From: Gammaproteobacteria bacterium
GTDB lineage: Bacteria; Pseudomonadota; Gammaproteobacteria; UBA4575
Direction of reading: 5' to 3'
Assembly (NCBI GenBank): GCA_965243395.1
Contig: CBDEUS010000002.1
Location: 64,001-128,000 of the forward strand
Length of the DNA stretch: 64,000 bases
Position numbers and translations under genes: made by a program. Below are positions 40,576-51,001 of this stretch, one piece after another. Numbering within the stretch: position 1 is the stretch's first letter; each line of letters opens with the position of its first letter. The notes under the pieces were generated by a model. The model was given only the letters and a program-made list of their open reading frames with translations. It was not told the origin of the DNA and did no database searches.

Positions 40576-42278
40576 TAGAATAGAAAATATTTTTGCGCCA
40601 TTGGAAGAACTGTTGCAGGCTCACAAGTTAACAATTCGCCATCCGCACGCACTTCATACGTTTGTGGATTAACTTCCATGTTTGGTTGGTAAGTATTTAA
40701 GTGCAGATCTTTCTTTCTAACATTTCGAGTATTACTAACAGGTGCCACAATCTTATCTAAACGCAACTTATCTTTAATTCCTTCATTCATTGCAGCTTGT
40801 GAAACAAATGTGATGGATGTTGAAGCATTAGCTTTGCTTTGTGCACCAAACATGTATCGGTAATGAGTTGGCTGTGGAGTTGGAATAGAAGCATTAGGAT
40901 CCCCCATTGGGGCTGCAACAATAAACCCACCTTTTATGATTAGCGATGGTTTCACACCAAAAAACGGCGGTTTCCAAAGAACCAAATCGGCCAGCTTACC
41001 TACTTCTATTGAACCCACTTCATTTGCAATGCCATGAGTAATTGCAGGATTGATGGTGTATTTAGCAACATATCGTTTAATTCTAAAATTATCATTTTGA
41101 CTATTGTCTTCAGGTAACGCACCTCGTTGTACTTTCATTTTATTAGCCGTCTGCCAAGTACGAGTGACGACTTCGCCGACGCGACCCATTGCTTGCGAAT
41201 CGGATGCAATCATGCTGAACGCACCCATGTCATGCAGAATGTCTTCAGCAGCAATGGTTTCTTTTCTAATTCTGGATTCAGCAAAAGCAACGTCTTCTGG
41301 TATGTTTGGGTCTAAATGGTGACAAACCATTAACATATCCAGGTGTTCATCAATGGTATTTACTGTAAAAGGTCTTGTTGGATTTGTGCTGGAAGGTAAT
41401 ACATTCGATTGACCGCAAACACGAATAATGTCCGGTGCGTGCCCACCACCTGCACCTTCAGTATGGTAAGTATGAATAGCGCGGTCTTTAAACGCTGCAA
41501 TCGTGTCTTCTACAAACCCAGATTCATTTAATGTATCCGTATGTATGGCTACTTGAATATCAAATTTTTCAGCCACATTTAAGCAGCTATCAATAGCTGC
41601 GGGTGTAGTCCCCCAGTCTTCATGAAGTTTAAGCCCCATTGCACCGGCTTCAATTTGTTCATCTAGCGCTGCAGACAAACTTGAATTGCCCTTACCGAGA
41701 AAACCAAGATTCATTGGTAAACTATCTGCCGCTTCTAACATACGGTGTATGTTCCAGGGACCCGGTGTGCAAGTCGTTGCATTCGTGCCAGTTGCAGGTC
41801 CGGTTCCACCACCCAGCATCGTTGTAACGCCAGACATCAGTGCATCTTCAATTTGTTGCGGACATATGAAATGTATATGCGCATCAATACCCCCCGCCGT
41901 AAGAATTTGACCCTCACCCGCTATCGCTTCTGTCCCCGGACCAATTACAATATCAACATCAGGTTGAACATCCGGATTGCCGGCTTTACCAATTGCAGCA
42001 ATGCGACCATCTTTAATTCCTACGTCTGCTTTTACTATTCCCCAATAATCAACAATGGTTGCATTAGTAATGACGGTGTCTACCGCTTCTTTAGATGTAG
42101 CCTGGCTTTGACCCATACCATCTCTAATTACTTTACCCCCACCAAACTTTACTTCTTCTCCGTAAGTTGCAAAGTCTTTTTCTACTTCTAGTAATAACTC
42201 CGTATCGGCAAGACGTAAACGATCACCTACTGTAGGCCCATACATTTCCGCATAGGCTTGTCTTGAAATTTTACTCAT
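40575..42278 (-). CDS. ureC: urease alpha subunit
   Basis: [39 protein letters not shown]. Confidence 0.98.
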   Translation of the reverse strand: MSKISRQAYAEMYGPTVGDRLRLADTELLLEVEKDFATYGEEVKFGGGKVIRDGMGQSQATSKEAVDTVITNATIVDYWGIVKADVGIKDGRIAAIGKAGNPDVQPDVDIVIGPGTEAIAGEGQILTAGGIDAHIHFICPQQIEDALMSGVTTMLGGGTGPATGTNATTCTPGPWNIHRMLEAADSLPMNLGFLGKGNSSLSAALDEQIEAGAMGLKLHEDWGTTPAAIDSCLNVAEKFDIQVAIHTDTLNESGFVEDTIAAFKDRAIHTYHTEGAGGGHAPDIIRVCGQSNVLPSSTNPTRPFTVNTIDEHLDMLMVCHHLDPNIPEDVAFAESRIRKETIAAEDILHDMGAFSMIASDSQAMGRVGEVVTRTWQTANKMKVQRGALPEDNSQNDNFRIKRYVAKYTINPAITHGIANEVGSIEVGKLADLVLWKPPFFGVKPSLIIKGGFIVAAPMGDPNASIPTPQPTHYRYMFGAQSKANASTSITFVSQAAMNEGIKDKLRLDKIVAPVSNTRNVRKKDLHLNTYQPNMEVNPQTYEVRADGELLTCEPATVLPMAQKYFLF

Positions 42279-42301
42279 CGTTCTAATTACTCATATGTAA
42301 A

Positions 42302-42610
42302 TTATTTAACTGCACCCATTACTTTGGCATTAAAACCATACACTTCGCGCTTACCCACATATTCCACCAACGCGACATCCCGTTTTTGTCCAGGCTCAAA
42401 CCGAACAGCGGTTCCGGCAGGTATATCCAGGCGTTTACCTTTAGTAGCCTCACGATCAAACTCTAAGGCAGAATTGGTTTCATAAAAATGGTAATGCGAA
42501 CCTACTTGAATCGGCCTGTCACCAGTATTTGCAACCGTTATATTAGTTACATTACGTCCTACATTTAGTTCTAGCTCACCATCTGCTGCTAATAATTCTC
42601 CTGGTTTCAT
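42302..42610 (-). CDS. ureB: urease beta subunit
   Basis: [24 protein letters not shown]. Confidence 0.97.
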   Translation of the reverse strand: MKPGELLAADGELELNVGRNVTNITVANTGDRPIQVGSHYHFYETNSALEFDREATKGKRLDIPAGTAVRFEPGQKRDVALVEYVGKREVYGFNAKVMGAVK

Positions 42611-42620
42611 ATTAATTCCT

Positions 42621-42923
42621 TTAGGTAATTGGGTTGTGTACGGTTACAAGCTTTGTACCATCGGGAAAGGTTGCTTCTACTTGGACTTCATGAATCATTT
42701 CTGAAATCCCTTCCATAACATCTTCAATCGTTAACAATGTTCGCCCATATTCCATACACTCGGCAACGGTTTTACCTTCACGCGCAGCTTCTAATATCGC
42801 ACTAGAAATAAAAGCGACTGCTTCTGGGTAATTCAACTTTATACCTTTGGCTTTTCTGCGTTCAGCAAGCATGCCAGCCGTAAAAAGTAATAACTTATCT
42901 TTTTCTCTTGGTGAAAGTTCCAT
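42621..42923 (-). CDS. ureA: urease gamma subunit
   Basis: [31 protein letters not shown]. Confidence 0.97.
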   Translation of the reverse strand: MELSPREKDKLLLFTAGMLAERRKAKGIKLNYPEAVAFISSAILEAAREGKTVAECMEYGRTLLTIEDVMEGISEMIHEVQVEATFPDGTKLVTVHNPIT

Positions 42924-42944
42924 AAGAATTCCTTAGTAATAATT

Positions 42945-43805
42945 TCACGTTGCCCAGATTCTTGGTTCACATGGTTTTTTATCTAATGTTATTTGCCTTA
43001 TTGTTTTCCAAATATCAATGAACTTATCCCGAATTGTCATTGAGTTCGTGTCCAGACATCTACAGACCAAAACATTTCCCATTACTGTTACGCTCAAACT
43101 TCTCACGTCATCAATCATTTTTTGTATGAGAAATTTTGCTTGTTGTAATTTTTCTACATCACTGTTAACCACTGTCATCAAACCCATTACAGGTTGGCCT
43201 TGCAATCCCCATAGTCCGTTAAATACTTCTGATCGATTTTGAATGGATACACGATCAATCAAAATCGGATCATCACCAATCCATAATTCATAATTTTGTT
43301 TAAATAAACCTTGGGTAAATTCCTCTTTGCATGCGGGACGACCAAAGCTGACAATCTCCCAGCCTAAAAATTTGCTGTCATTTGAAAGTTCAATTTTAGT
43401 ATTGGAATGCACCTTTGATGTATTAAATAAAATAGTATCCTGTGGAAGCCATTCCATCGTTGCATTTTCTTTGACGACAATATTTTGATTTTGAAATGCA
43501 GTATGCCCATTTGATTGATAAAATTTATTTGCTGCAGGTGTTGTAATAAGTGTAGAAGTATTTTTCTTGCAGCTTACATCTATATTTAAGCTATCTCCTC
43601 CGACGACTCCTCCAGGAGGATGTAATATATATAAGTGACATGTTTCTGCTTCAGGATAAAAAGCGCGCTGAATTCTCAAAGGCCCTTCATGTCGAAGCTT
43701 GTCCAGAACGGTTCTATCGTGTTTTTTTTGCAAGCTCAACTGTAATCTTGCTTCCCAGTTACTAGACGGGACTTCATCAACACGATTTTTAGCTACAGCA
43801 AGCAC
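42945..43805 (-). CDS. ureD: urease accessory protein UreD
   Basis: GPLRIQRAFYPE, LHPPGGVVGGD, PRIWAT. Confidence 0.94.
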   Translation of the reverse strand: MLAVAKNRVDEVPSSNWEARLQLSLQKKHDRTVLDKLRHEGPLRIQRAFYPEAETCHLYILHPPGGVVGGDSLNIDVSCKKNTSTLITTPAANKFYQSNGHTAFQNQNIVVKENATMEWLPQDTILFNTSKVHSNTKIELSNDSKFLGWEIVSFGRPACKEEFTQGLFKQNYELWIGDDPILIDRVSIQNRSEVFNGLWGLQGQPVMGLMTVVNSDVEKLQQAKFLIQKMIDDVRSLSVTVMGNVLVCRCLDTNSMTIRDKFIDIWKTIRQITLDKKPCEPRIWAT

Positions 43806-43809
43806 AAGG

Positions 43810-44016
43810 TTATTTTTTGCGAGTTTTATTATTTAAAAATGCCTTACAAATACCAACACCTACGAACAACAAAACTAACGCAATAACTGTATATGCAAGC
43901 AAGTTTTGTGAATTAGCCAACGCATCATGAGGCCAATGCCCGGGATGTGCGAATAAGCTTATTGGCACTATTATTCCGGCAATAATTGATAAAATTATAA
44001 TATAGGGTTTAATCAC
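43810..44016 (-). CDS. small membrane protein with a HupE/UreJ-like N-terminal AHPGH motif
   Basis: Signal peptide + AHPGHWPH + one TM; AAGGAG RBS; lies in-operon between urtE and ureD. Confidence 0.6.
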   Translation of the reverse strand: MIKPYIIILSIIAGIIVPISLFAHPGHWPHDALANSQNLLAYTVIALVLLFVGVGICKAFLNNKTRKK

Positions 44017-44042
44017 ATTTACTCCTTATTAAGAATAGACAA

Positions 44043-44726
44043 TTATACTTTTAAATAGCGATCGATAAGATCATCGTTTAGTTCGTTTATCTTTCCTCCC
44101 GCCATCATGGAGCCTTTTTCCATAATGCTGAAATCACTTGCTACTTTTCTGGCGAAAGGTAATTTTTGTTCTACTAATAATACAGTCAAGCCAAGATCTT
44201 TATTCAGTTTGTTTATGATATCGCCTATTTCTGAAACAATATTAGGCTGAATACCTTCCGTGGGTTCATCCAGAATTAAGAGCTCAGGCTCTATTGCCAA
44301 TGCCCTGCCAATTGCCAACTGCTGCTGTTGCCCTCCTGACAAATCTCCGCCTCTACGATTTAACATTTCTTTTAATACTGGAAATAGCTCATATATTAAT
44401 GTGGGTAATTTTTTACCTGATGCAATTAATCCTGTTGCTAAATTTTCCTCAACGGTTAACTGTGAAAATATTTCTCTACCTTGAGGAACATATGCAATTT
44501 TGTGACGAGCTCGTTGCTCTGAGGGTTTGGATGAAAACTCAATTCCATTAAATTTAATTTCTCCATTTTTAACTGGCTCTAGACCCATAATACATTTAAG
44601 AAGTGTTGTCTTACCGACTCCATTTCTTCCCATTAAACACATGCACGCCCCTTTCTCGATTTCCATATCGATATTCCAAAGCGTATGACTTTCACCATAA
44701 TAATGATCAAGATTGCTAATTTTCAC
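44043..44726 (-). CDS. urtE: urea ABC transporter ATPase UrtE
   Basis: YYGESHTL, GRNGVGKTT, DEPTEGIQPN; upstream of urease. Confidence 0.92.
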   Translation of the reverse strand: MKISNLDHYYGESHTLWNIDMEIEKGACMCLMGRNGVGKTTLLKCIMGLEPVKNGEIKFNGIEFSSKPSEQRARHKIAYVPQGREIFSQLTVEENLATGLIASGKKLPTLIYELFPVLKEMLNRRGGDLSGGQQQQLAIGRALAIEPELLILDEPTEGIQPNIVSEIGDIINKLNKDLGLTVLLVEQKLPFARKVASDFSIMEKGSMMAGGKINELNDDLIDRYLKV

Positions 44727-45508
44727 TGTTCACCCAAATATACTTCGATCACTTTTTGATTATTTTGCACGCTGTCCATAGAACCCTCCGCCAATACACT
44801 GCCTTGATGTAGCACAGTTACTCGGTTAGCTAGTGAGCGTACAAATTCCATATCATGTTCCACCACTACTACAGAATGTTTTTCAGCAAGCTTTGTTAAC
44901 AGCTCCGCAGTATGTTCTGACTCTTGTTTAGTCATTCCTGCAACAGGCTCATCCACCAACAGTAGTTTAGGGTTTTGCATAAGCAACATGCCTATTTCTA
45001 ACCATTGCTTTTGTCCATGCGAAAGTTCGCCTGCTTCACGAGATAAATAATCTTGCAAGGCAATAATTTCGAGTACCTCATGAATTCTATCGTTGTCTTC
45101 AGCTGTTAATTTGAAAAATAAATTTTCAAATACTTTTCTTCTACCTTCCAAAGCGAGTTTTAAATTTTCAAAAACGGTATGATTTTCAAATACAGTGGGC
45201 TTTTGAAATTTACGACCAATCCCTAAATTAGCAATATCCGCTTCACTGGTTACGGTAAGATCTGTCATGTCATCGAAAATGACTCTTCCCTCATCCGGTC
45301 GTGTTTTGCCTGTGATGATATCCATCATGGTTGTTTTACCGGCACCATTGGGTCCGATAATACTTCTTAACTCATTTTTATTTACATAAAGGCTCAAATT
45401 GTTTATTGCTTTAAAGCCATCAAAACTTACTGTCACACCATCCAGATATAGAATACTTTCATCAGGCAAATGTAATGCAGAGGGTTCTTGAACACTTGGA
45501 ATAGTCAT
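44723..45508 (-). CDS. urtD: urea ABC transporter ATPase UrtD
   Basis: VSFDGFKA, GRKFQKPTVF, LSHGQKQWLEIGM. Confidence 0.92.
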   Translation of the reverse strand: MTIPSVQEPSALHLPDESILYLDGVTVSFDGFKAINNLSLYVNKNELRSIIGPNGAGKTTMMDIITGKTRPDEGRVIFDDMTDLTVTSEADIANLGIGRKFQKPTVFENHTVFENLKLALEGRRKVFENLFFKLTAEDNDRIHEVLEIIALQDYLSREAGELSHGQKQWLEIGMLLMQNPKLLLVDEPVAGMTKQESEHTAELLTKLAEKHSVVVVEHDMEFVRSLANRVTVLHQGSVLAEGSMDSVQNNQKVIEVYLGEQ

Positions 45509-45512
45509 AACA

Positions 45513-46655
45513 TTAACCTACATTTACTTTTTTTGTGTCGGGTTCAATAGGTTTACTAGACTTTGTCGCAAAGTTTTTAACTGCTCCTACAATTCCTTTT
45601 GGCAAAAACAGCGTCACAAAAACAAACAGGCCGCCTAACATGAACAACCAAACCTCGGGAGCAGCCGCAGTGAAATATGTTTTAGCGAAATTAACCACTA
45701 CTGCACCTAAGGCAGCACCATACAGTGTGCCTCTTCCCCCAATGGCCACCCAAATCACCATTTCGATTGAATTGATTGGTGAAAATTCACCTGGGTTAAT
45801 AATGCCAACCTGCGGAACATAAAGCGCGCCTGCAAGGCCTGCTAACATGGCAGCTACTACAAAGACGAATAATTTGATGTATTCATCTCTATAACCTAAA
45901 GCGCGCACCCTACCTTCCGAGTCACGTATAGCGGTTACCAGACTTCCAAGTCTTGATTGCACAATAAACTTACAAATCAGGTAACCAAAAATTACCGCAA
46001 GACCTGAACAAATGAATAGCACAACTCGTGTTGCATCAGACTGAAGATCAAATCCTAAAATATCTTTAAAGTCTGTGAGTCCGTTGTTACCGCCAAAACC
46101 AAAATTATTTCTAAAAAATGCAAGCATGAGTGCATACGTTAACGCTTGAGTAATGATGGATAAATAAACTCCCGTTACCCTGGAGCGAAATGCAAGCCAC
46201 CCAAATACAAAAGCAAGCAAACCGGGTACAAAGAAAATCATAATGAAAGCAAACCAAAACATATCAAAGCCATACCAGAACCATGGCAACTCTTTATAAT
46301 TCAAGAAAACCATAAAATCCGGTAATACTGGGTGGCCATAAACACCGCGATCACCAATTTGCCTCATGAGATACATCCCCATTGCGTACCCACCTAATCC
46401 AAAAAATGCTCCATGTCCTAAACTCAAAATTCCCAAATACCCCCAAACGAGATCTAAAGAAATTGCGAGTAATGCGTAGGTTAAATATTTGCCAACCAAG
46501 GTAACAACGTAAGTAGACATGTGAAATACAGATGTCTCTGGCACAACTAAATTGCAGAAAGGGACTATCACCATAAGAGCTAAAATAACTGCTAGAAAGT
46601 AGCGACCTCCTTTATCGATTTCTAATAAACGAAAAATGATGGGCTTGTATTTCAT
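45513..46655 (-). CDS. urtC: urea ABC transporter permease UrtC
   Basis: WGYLGILSLGHGAFF, LPDFMVFL, GFGGNNGLTDFK. Confidence 0.92.
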   Translation of the reverse strand: MKYKPIIFRLLEIDKGGRYFLAVILALMVIVPFCNLVVPETSVFHMSTYVVTLVGKYLTYALLAISLDLVWGYLGILSLGHGAFFGLGGYAMGMYLMRQIGDRGVYGHPVLPDFMVFLNYKELPWFWYGFDMFWFAFIMIFFVPGLLAFVFGWLAFRSRVTGVYLSIITQALTYALMLAFFRNNFGFGGNNGLTDFKDILGFDLQSDATRVVLFICSGLAVIFGYLICKFIVQSRLGSLVTAIRDSEGRVRALGYRDEYIKLFVFVVAAMLAGLAGALYVPQVGIINPGEFSPINSIEMVIWVAIGGRGTLYGAALGAVVVNFAKTYFTAAAPEVWLFMLGGLFVFVTLFLPKGIVGAVKNFATKSSKPIEPDTKKVNVG

Positions 46656-46657
46656 TT

Positions 46658-48289
46658 TTAACTTTCTGCCGCTCTACCCTTAAGTGCAAACATGCCTCTT
46701 GGATACTTTTGTATAAATAAAATAATAAAAATAAGCACGAGAATTTTTGCAAACACAGCGCCCGTAAAGGGTTCCATAAATTTGTTAGCGATTCCTAATG
46801 TCATGGCGCCAAAGAATGTTCCCCATAAATTTCCAACACCACCAAAGACAACAACCATGAATGAATCAACAATGTAAGCCTGTCCTAAATTTGGCCCCAC
46901 GTTTGTAAGCTGGCTAAGTGCCACACCACCAACACCTGCAATTCCAGAACCCAAACCAAAAGTTAGTGAGTCAACCCAGTTGGTTCGGATGCCCATTGCT
47001 TTAGCCATGTTGCGATTCTGGGTTACCGCGCGCATTTGTAACCCAAATGAAGTTTTCTTAAGTAACCACAGCAACGCAAATAAAACCAATAAGGCAAACA
47101 AAACAATGTACATTCTGTTATAGGTAAGAGATAAAGCCGGATTGAATTCATATGACCCGCTCATCCAATCCGGTGTAATCACAGAACGATTAAGCGGTGA
47201 AAAGATTGATCGAACCGCCTGTTGCAGAATTAAACTTAAACCAAATGTCGCCAATAAAGTTTCAAGAGGTCTGCCATATAAATATCGAATGATCCCACGC
47301 TCTATACCTATCCCTACTAAACCTGTAAATATAAATGCAGCCGGAATAGCGATGAATAATGAATATTCAATCGAATTTGGCATGAGTTGCTGAATGACAA
47401 ACGTCGTATAGGCACCCAGCATTAACATTTCTCCATGAGCCATATTAATTACACCCATTACACCAAACGTTATCGCCAAGCCCACTGCCGCAAGCAGTAA
47501 GACTGATCCTAAACTCAAGCCAAAAAAGATATTTTCGATTTGTTTATAAAATCCCTTCTTAAGTTTCGTGGACTGTATGGACTCATCTAATGCTTCTAGA
47601 AGTTCTGTATCTTTTTCAGGTTTTGCAAGTTGTTCAGCATTTAATTTATCAAGCAAAATACCAATCTCTGGATAAAGAGATCCTGACAATGATTTTATGG
47701 CATGAACTTGTGTGTCTCGATCATCAGATTGCGCATCCACTGCGTGGATACAAATTTGCATAAGCTGTCTAACGTCTTCATCAGATTCCTGCTTGACTGC
47801 GTTTCTTATTATTTCGATTGACGATGGATTAAGATTTTTTAAGATATTTCTTGTTGCTTGTAAGCGAGTTTCTTTATTTTCGCTATAAATAGTTAGCGCT
47901 GCTATTTTTTCATTTAACAAGCCGCGTAATTTATTATTTATTCCTACTTTTCTAAGCTCTTTCTTTTTCTTTTCACCTAACGCTTCATTATTTATTGGAT
48001 CAAATGTTTTAAAATTTTTTGAATTAATCTTTTCAATTTTGACAACTTGTTTGTCTTTTTTTCCGTAATACAACTTCCCATCTAATAAGTTAGATAAGAT
48101 ACTCAGCGCAGACGGATGCCCAGAATCAGAAATAGCATCAATTGCTTTTGTTTTATCTGAAAAGCTTTTGGAAGTTAAAAGCTCAAAACTGCCTTCAAGT
48201 GAGTTGATATTTTCAGAAGACTCACTTGCAAATAAATTGTGTGTCGAGAACACAAAAAGCAACAGCATTACAGAGTAAAGCTTCATCAT
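46658..48289 (-). CDS. urtB: urea ABC transporter permease UrtB (long form with periplasmic N-terminal domain)
   Basis: INNKLR, GLAITFGVMGVINMAHGE, RPLETLLATFG. Confidence 0.92.
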   Translation of the reverse strand: MMKLYSVMLLLFVFSTHNLFASESSENINSLEGSFELLTSKSFSDKTKAIDAISDSGHPSALSILSNLLDGKLYYGKKDKQVVKIEKINSKNFKTFDPINNEALGEKKKKELRKVGINNKLRGLLNEKIAALTIYSENKETRLQATRNILKNLNPSSIEIIRNAVKQESDEDVRQLMQICIHAVDAQSDDRDTQVHAIKSLSGSLYPEIGILLDKLNAEQLAKPEKDTELLEALDESIQSTKLKKGFYKQIENIFFGLSLGSVLLLAAVGLAITFGVMGVINMAHGEMLMLGAYTTFVIQQLMPNSIEYSLFIAIPAAFIFTGLVGIGIERGIIRYLYGRPLETLLATFGLSLILQQAVRSIFSPLNRSVITPDWMSGSYEFNPALSLTYNRMYIVLFALLVLFALLWLLKKTSFGLQMRAVTQNRNMAKAMGIRTNWVDSLTFGLGSGIAGVGGVALSQLTNVGPNLGQAYIVDSFMVVVFGGVGNLWGTFFGAMTLGIANKFMEPFTGAVFAKILVLIFIILFIQKYPRGMFALKGRAAES

Positions 48290-48319
48290 TTGAGCCTGGA
48301 TTTGTTATTATTTTAATTG

Positions 48320-48347
48320 GCGCCACCCCCTCAGTAGAGGATGGCGC
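48320..48347. other. GC-rich hairpin after urtA
   Basis: gcgccaccccctc-agta-gaggatggcgc imperfect stem. Confidence 0.5.
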
Positions 48348-48397
48348 AAGTTTGATTATAGTTTAAGAACAACTATATTTTTAGGGGGATACTGTGT

Positions 48398-49687
48398 TTA
48401 GTAATTCTGACCTGAGCATTTTTTAGTCTCAGTATTGTAATTACCGCAGTTAATGGGATCAGTCCAGTCTGCAACAATAATCTTGCTTTCTGGTAACCAA
48501 TCCGTCCAAGCATCTCCTTCAACTTCACCATCAGTCGACCAAACAATATCAAATTGACCGTCATCTTGAATCTCACCGATTAAGACTGGCTTTGATAAGT
48601 GATGGTTGGGGTGCATGATAGCCGTTCCACCCGTTAGATTAGGTACTTCAATTCCGTATAACGCGGGGCGCACGGTATCAACATCGGTAGAACCTACTTT
48701 CTCAACCGCTTTTGCCCACATCTTGAAACCGATATAGGTCGCTTCCATTGGATCATTTGTTACACGATCTTCATCACCAATAAATCCGTGCCATGCTTCA
48801 ATGAATTCGTCGTTTACTTCAGACTCAGCACTCATGAAGTAATTCCAGGCTGCTAAGTGTCCAACCAAAGGACCAGTATCAATACCAGATAGTTCTTCTT
48901 CACCTACTGAAAATGCAACAACTGGAATGTCCTCTGCAGACAAGCCCTGGTTACCAAGTTCTTTGTAGAACGGAACATTTGCATCACCATTAATGGTCGA
49001 AACCACAGCAGTTTTCTTTCCTGCTGATCCAAAAGATTTAATGTCTGAAACAATGGTTTGCCAGTCAGAATGTCCGAATGGCGTGTAGTTAATCATGATG
49101 TCTTCTTCAGCAACACCTTTTTGCTTTAAGTAAGACTCCAGAATTTTGTTAGTCGTACGTGGATATACATAATCCGTACCCGCTAATACCCAACGTTCTG
49201 CACCTACTTCATTCATTAAATAGTCAACAGCTGGAATTGCCTGTTGGTTTGGTGCAGCACCTGTATAGAAAACATTTTTAGAAGACTCTTCACCTTCATA
49301 CTGAACTGGATAAAAAAGCAATCCATTCAACTCTTCTACAACGGGTAATACGGATTTACGTGATACTGAAGTCCAGCAGCCGAATATCACATCGACTTTA
49401 TGTACTTCGATTAATTCACGCATTTTTTCCGCAAATAATGGCCAGTCTGATGCCGGATCAACAACAACCGCTTCGAGTTCCTTTCCTAGTAATCCACCGG
49501 CTTTATTCTGTTCTTCTACCATCATTAAAACCGTATCTTTAAGTGTGGTTTCACTAATTGCCATGGTCCCTGATAACGAATGCAAAACCCCAACTTTAAT
49601 TATATCGGCAGACAAACCAATCTGAGGTATAAACATGATTAGTACTGCCATGAGTATTGTTTTAAACAAGGGCACTTCTTTCCTCAT
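48398..49687 (-). CDS. urtA: urea ABC transporter substrate-binding protein UrtA
   Basis: VGVLHSLSGTMAISE, DPASDWPLFAE, FGCWTSVSRK, YPVQYEGEE. Confidence 0.93.
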   Translation of the reverse strand: MRKEVPLFKTILMAVLIMFIPQIGLSADIIKVGVLHSLSGTMAISETTLKDTVLMMVEEQNKAGGLLGKELEAVVVDPASDWPLFAEKMRELIEVHKVDVIFGCWTSVSRKSVLPVVEELNGLLFYPVQYEGEESSKNVFYTGAAPNQQAIPAVDYLMNEVGAERWVLAGTDYVYPRTTNKILESYLKQKGVAEEDIMINYTPFGHSDWQTIVSDIKSFGSAGKKTAVVSTINGDANVPFYKELGNQGLSAEDIPVVAFSVGEEELSGIDTGPLVGHLAAWNYFMSAESEVNDEFIEAWHGFIGDEDRVTNDPMEATYIGFKMWAKAVEKVGSTDVDTVRPALYGIEVPNLTGGTAIMHPNHHLSKPVLIGEIQDDGQFDIVWSTDGEVEGDAWTDWLPESKIIVADWTDPINCGNYNTETKKCSGQNY

Positions 49688-49800
49688 TTTACTTCTCCTG
49701 AGTTTTTTAAATTTTTAATGCTTCATGAAAGTAAAATCTCATTAATTACTACTCTCACAAACTCACACTTGTACAAATTTGCACAATTGCTCTACATTGG

Positions 49801-49816
49801 AGCAATATGTATGCCA
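49801..49816 (-). promoter_or_regulatory. sigma54 (-24/-12) promoter of the urt-ure operon
   Basis: Minus strand TGGCAT-ACATA-TTGCT. Confidence 0.8.
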
Positions 49817-49911
49817 AGTAATAGAATTGACTGAATACAATAAGAAGATCAGTCGCTTACCGAAATTTTTAAGGTTTTATCGTTGACCTGAATTTCTGAT
49901 ATCGAATGAAT

Positions 49912-49928
49912 TGCACAGATATAGTGCA
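49912..49928. promoter_or_regulatory. NtrC-type enhancer
   Basis: TGCAC-AGATATA-GTGCA (canonical N7 spacing), ~100 bp upstream of the sigma54 site. Confidence 0.78.
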
Positions 49929-50023
49929 TAGATGTGCAGTATTAGAGCATTGGGGTTAAGTAAGATACGAGTTAGGTTGGAAGTAGAATGTTTATACAAA
50001 CATCCGCAAATAAAGACAAATAT

Positions 50024-50611
50024 TTAATCAACCGTTATATATATATTTTTAAATTCATAATACGAATTTTCATGTGCATGAACTATGGTTTCTCCAGATT
50101 CTATTTCTAGATACCACACTAAAGTATTCCATATATCTTCACACTTAATTTCGAGCGTATTGTATTTTCCCCGAATGGTTTCGACCTGATAACTCAACCC
50201 AACTTTACATGTTCTAACTAAAACCTGATCGCCTAAATTTATTTTAAAATAAAATTTCCTATCCTTTTCCAACGGCCATATTCTCCCGCCATACTCAACA
50301 GTAACAGCATTGTCTTGAAAGGGCTTACAGTTTTTCCACAAGCTCGGAAATGAAAATTGAAAAAGTCTTTTAATAATGCAACCTTCGTTATCAATCCATG
50401 TGAGGCCGCTCTTATCTATCGCTGTGAGGGTTGATTTATAGGGTTTGCCATTTAGTAATGCTGAATATGTATCACCGATTTCAACTTTCTCCGGATGAAG
50501 AATTGTAAAAGTTTCATCAAGTTCAATTATTATCGGCTCATCAGCAAAGATATTTGCACTGAAAGTAATACTAGCCAGCAGCAAGAAATACTTTATACAT
50601 CTCGTCAACAT
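50024..50611 (-). CDS. hypothetical exported protein
   Basis: Signal peptide (…NIFA-DE), several Cys, beta-rich. Confidence 0.7.
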   Translation of the reverse strand: MLTRCIKYFLLLASITFSANIFADEPIIIELDETFTILHPEKVEIGDTYSALLNGKPYKSTLTAIDKSGLTWIDNEGCIIKRLFQFSFPSLWKNCKPFQDNAVTVEYGGRIWPLEKDRKFYFKINLGDQVLVRTCKVGLSYQVETIRGKYNTLEIKCEDIWNTLVWYLEIESGETIVHAHENSYYEFKNIYITVD

Positions 50612-51001
50612 AAGTTATCCAACTCCTAACAAGAAACATTTTTATCTAAATTTATTTTTTCAAGCAGGTTGACTCATTCGATCTTATCCAAGGATTTATA
50701 TACTTAGTGAGTCTCACAAGTTTTGTGATACATCAGTGTAAATTTAAAAATAACTTTATTCTATTGTTTTGGAGTAACAAAAGAATATTTTGATTATCCT
50801 AATTAAGAAAATTTCTAACTTATAGTAAATTTCTTAAGTTATTCATAGGTTTGGCAAAAAGTAATTTGCAAATGAGAATATCTAATTTGTATAAAATTTT
50901 TTTTAATAAATATTTAAATCAATTTCATAACTGATAAACAATTATCAATAGCCTTGAAACTCCAATTAATTTATTCGTATTTAATGCATACGAAGTAGGT
51001 T

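Noticed and set aside
47550-48289. N-terminal extension of UrtB as a novel fusion
   Set aside because: Long-form UrtB with a periplasmic N-domain is common in proteobacterial urt operons
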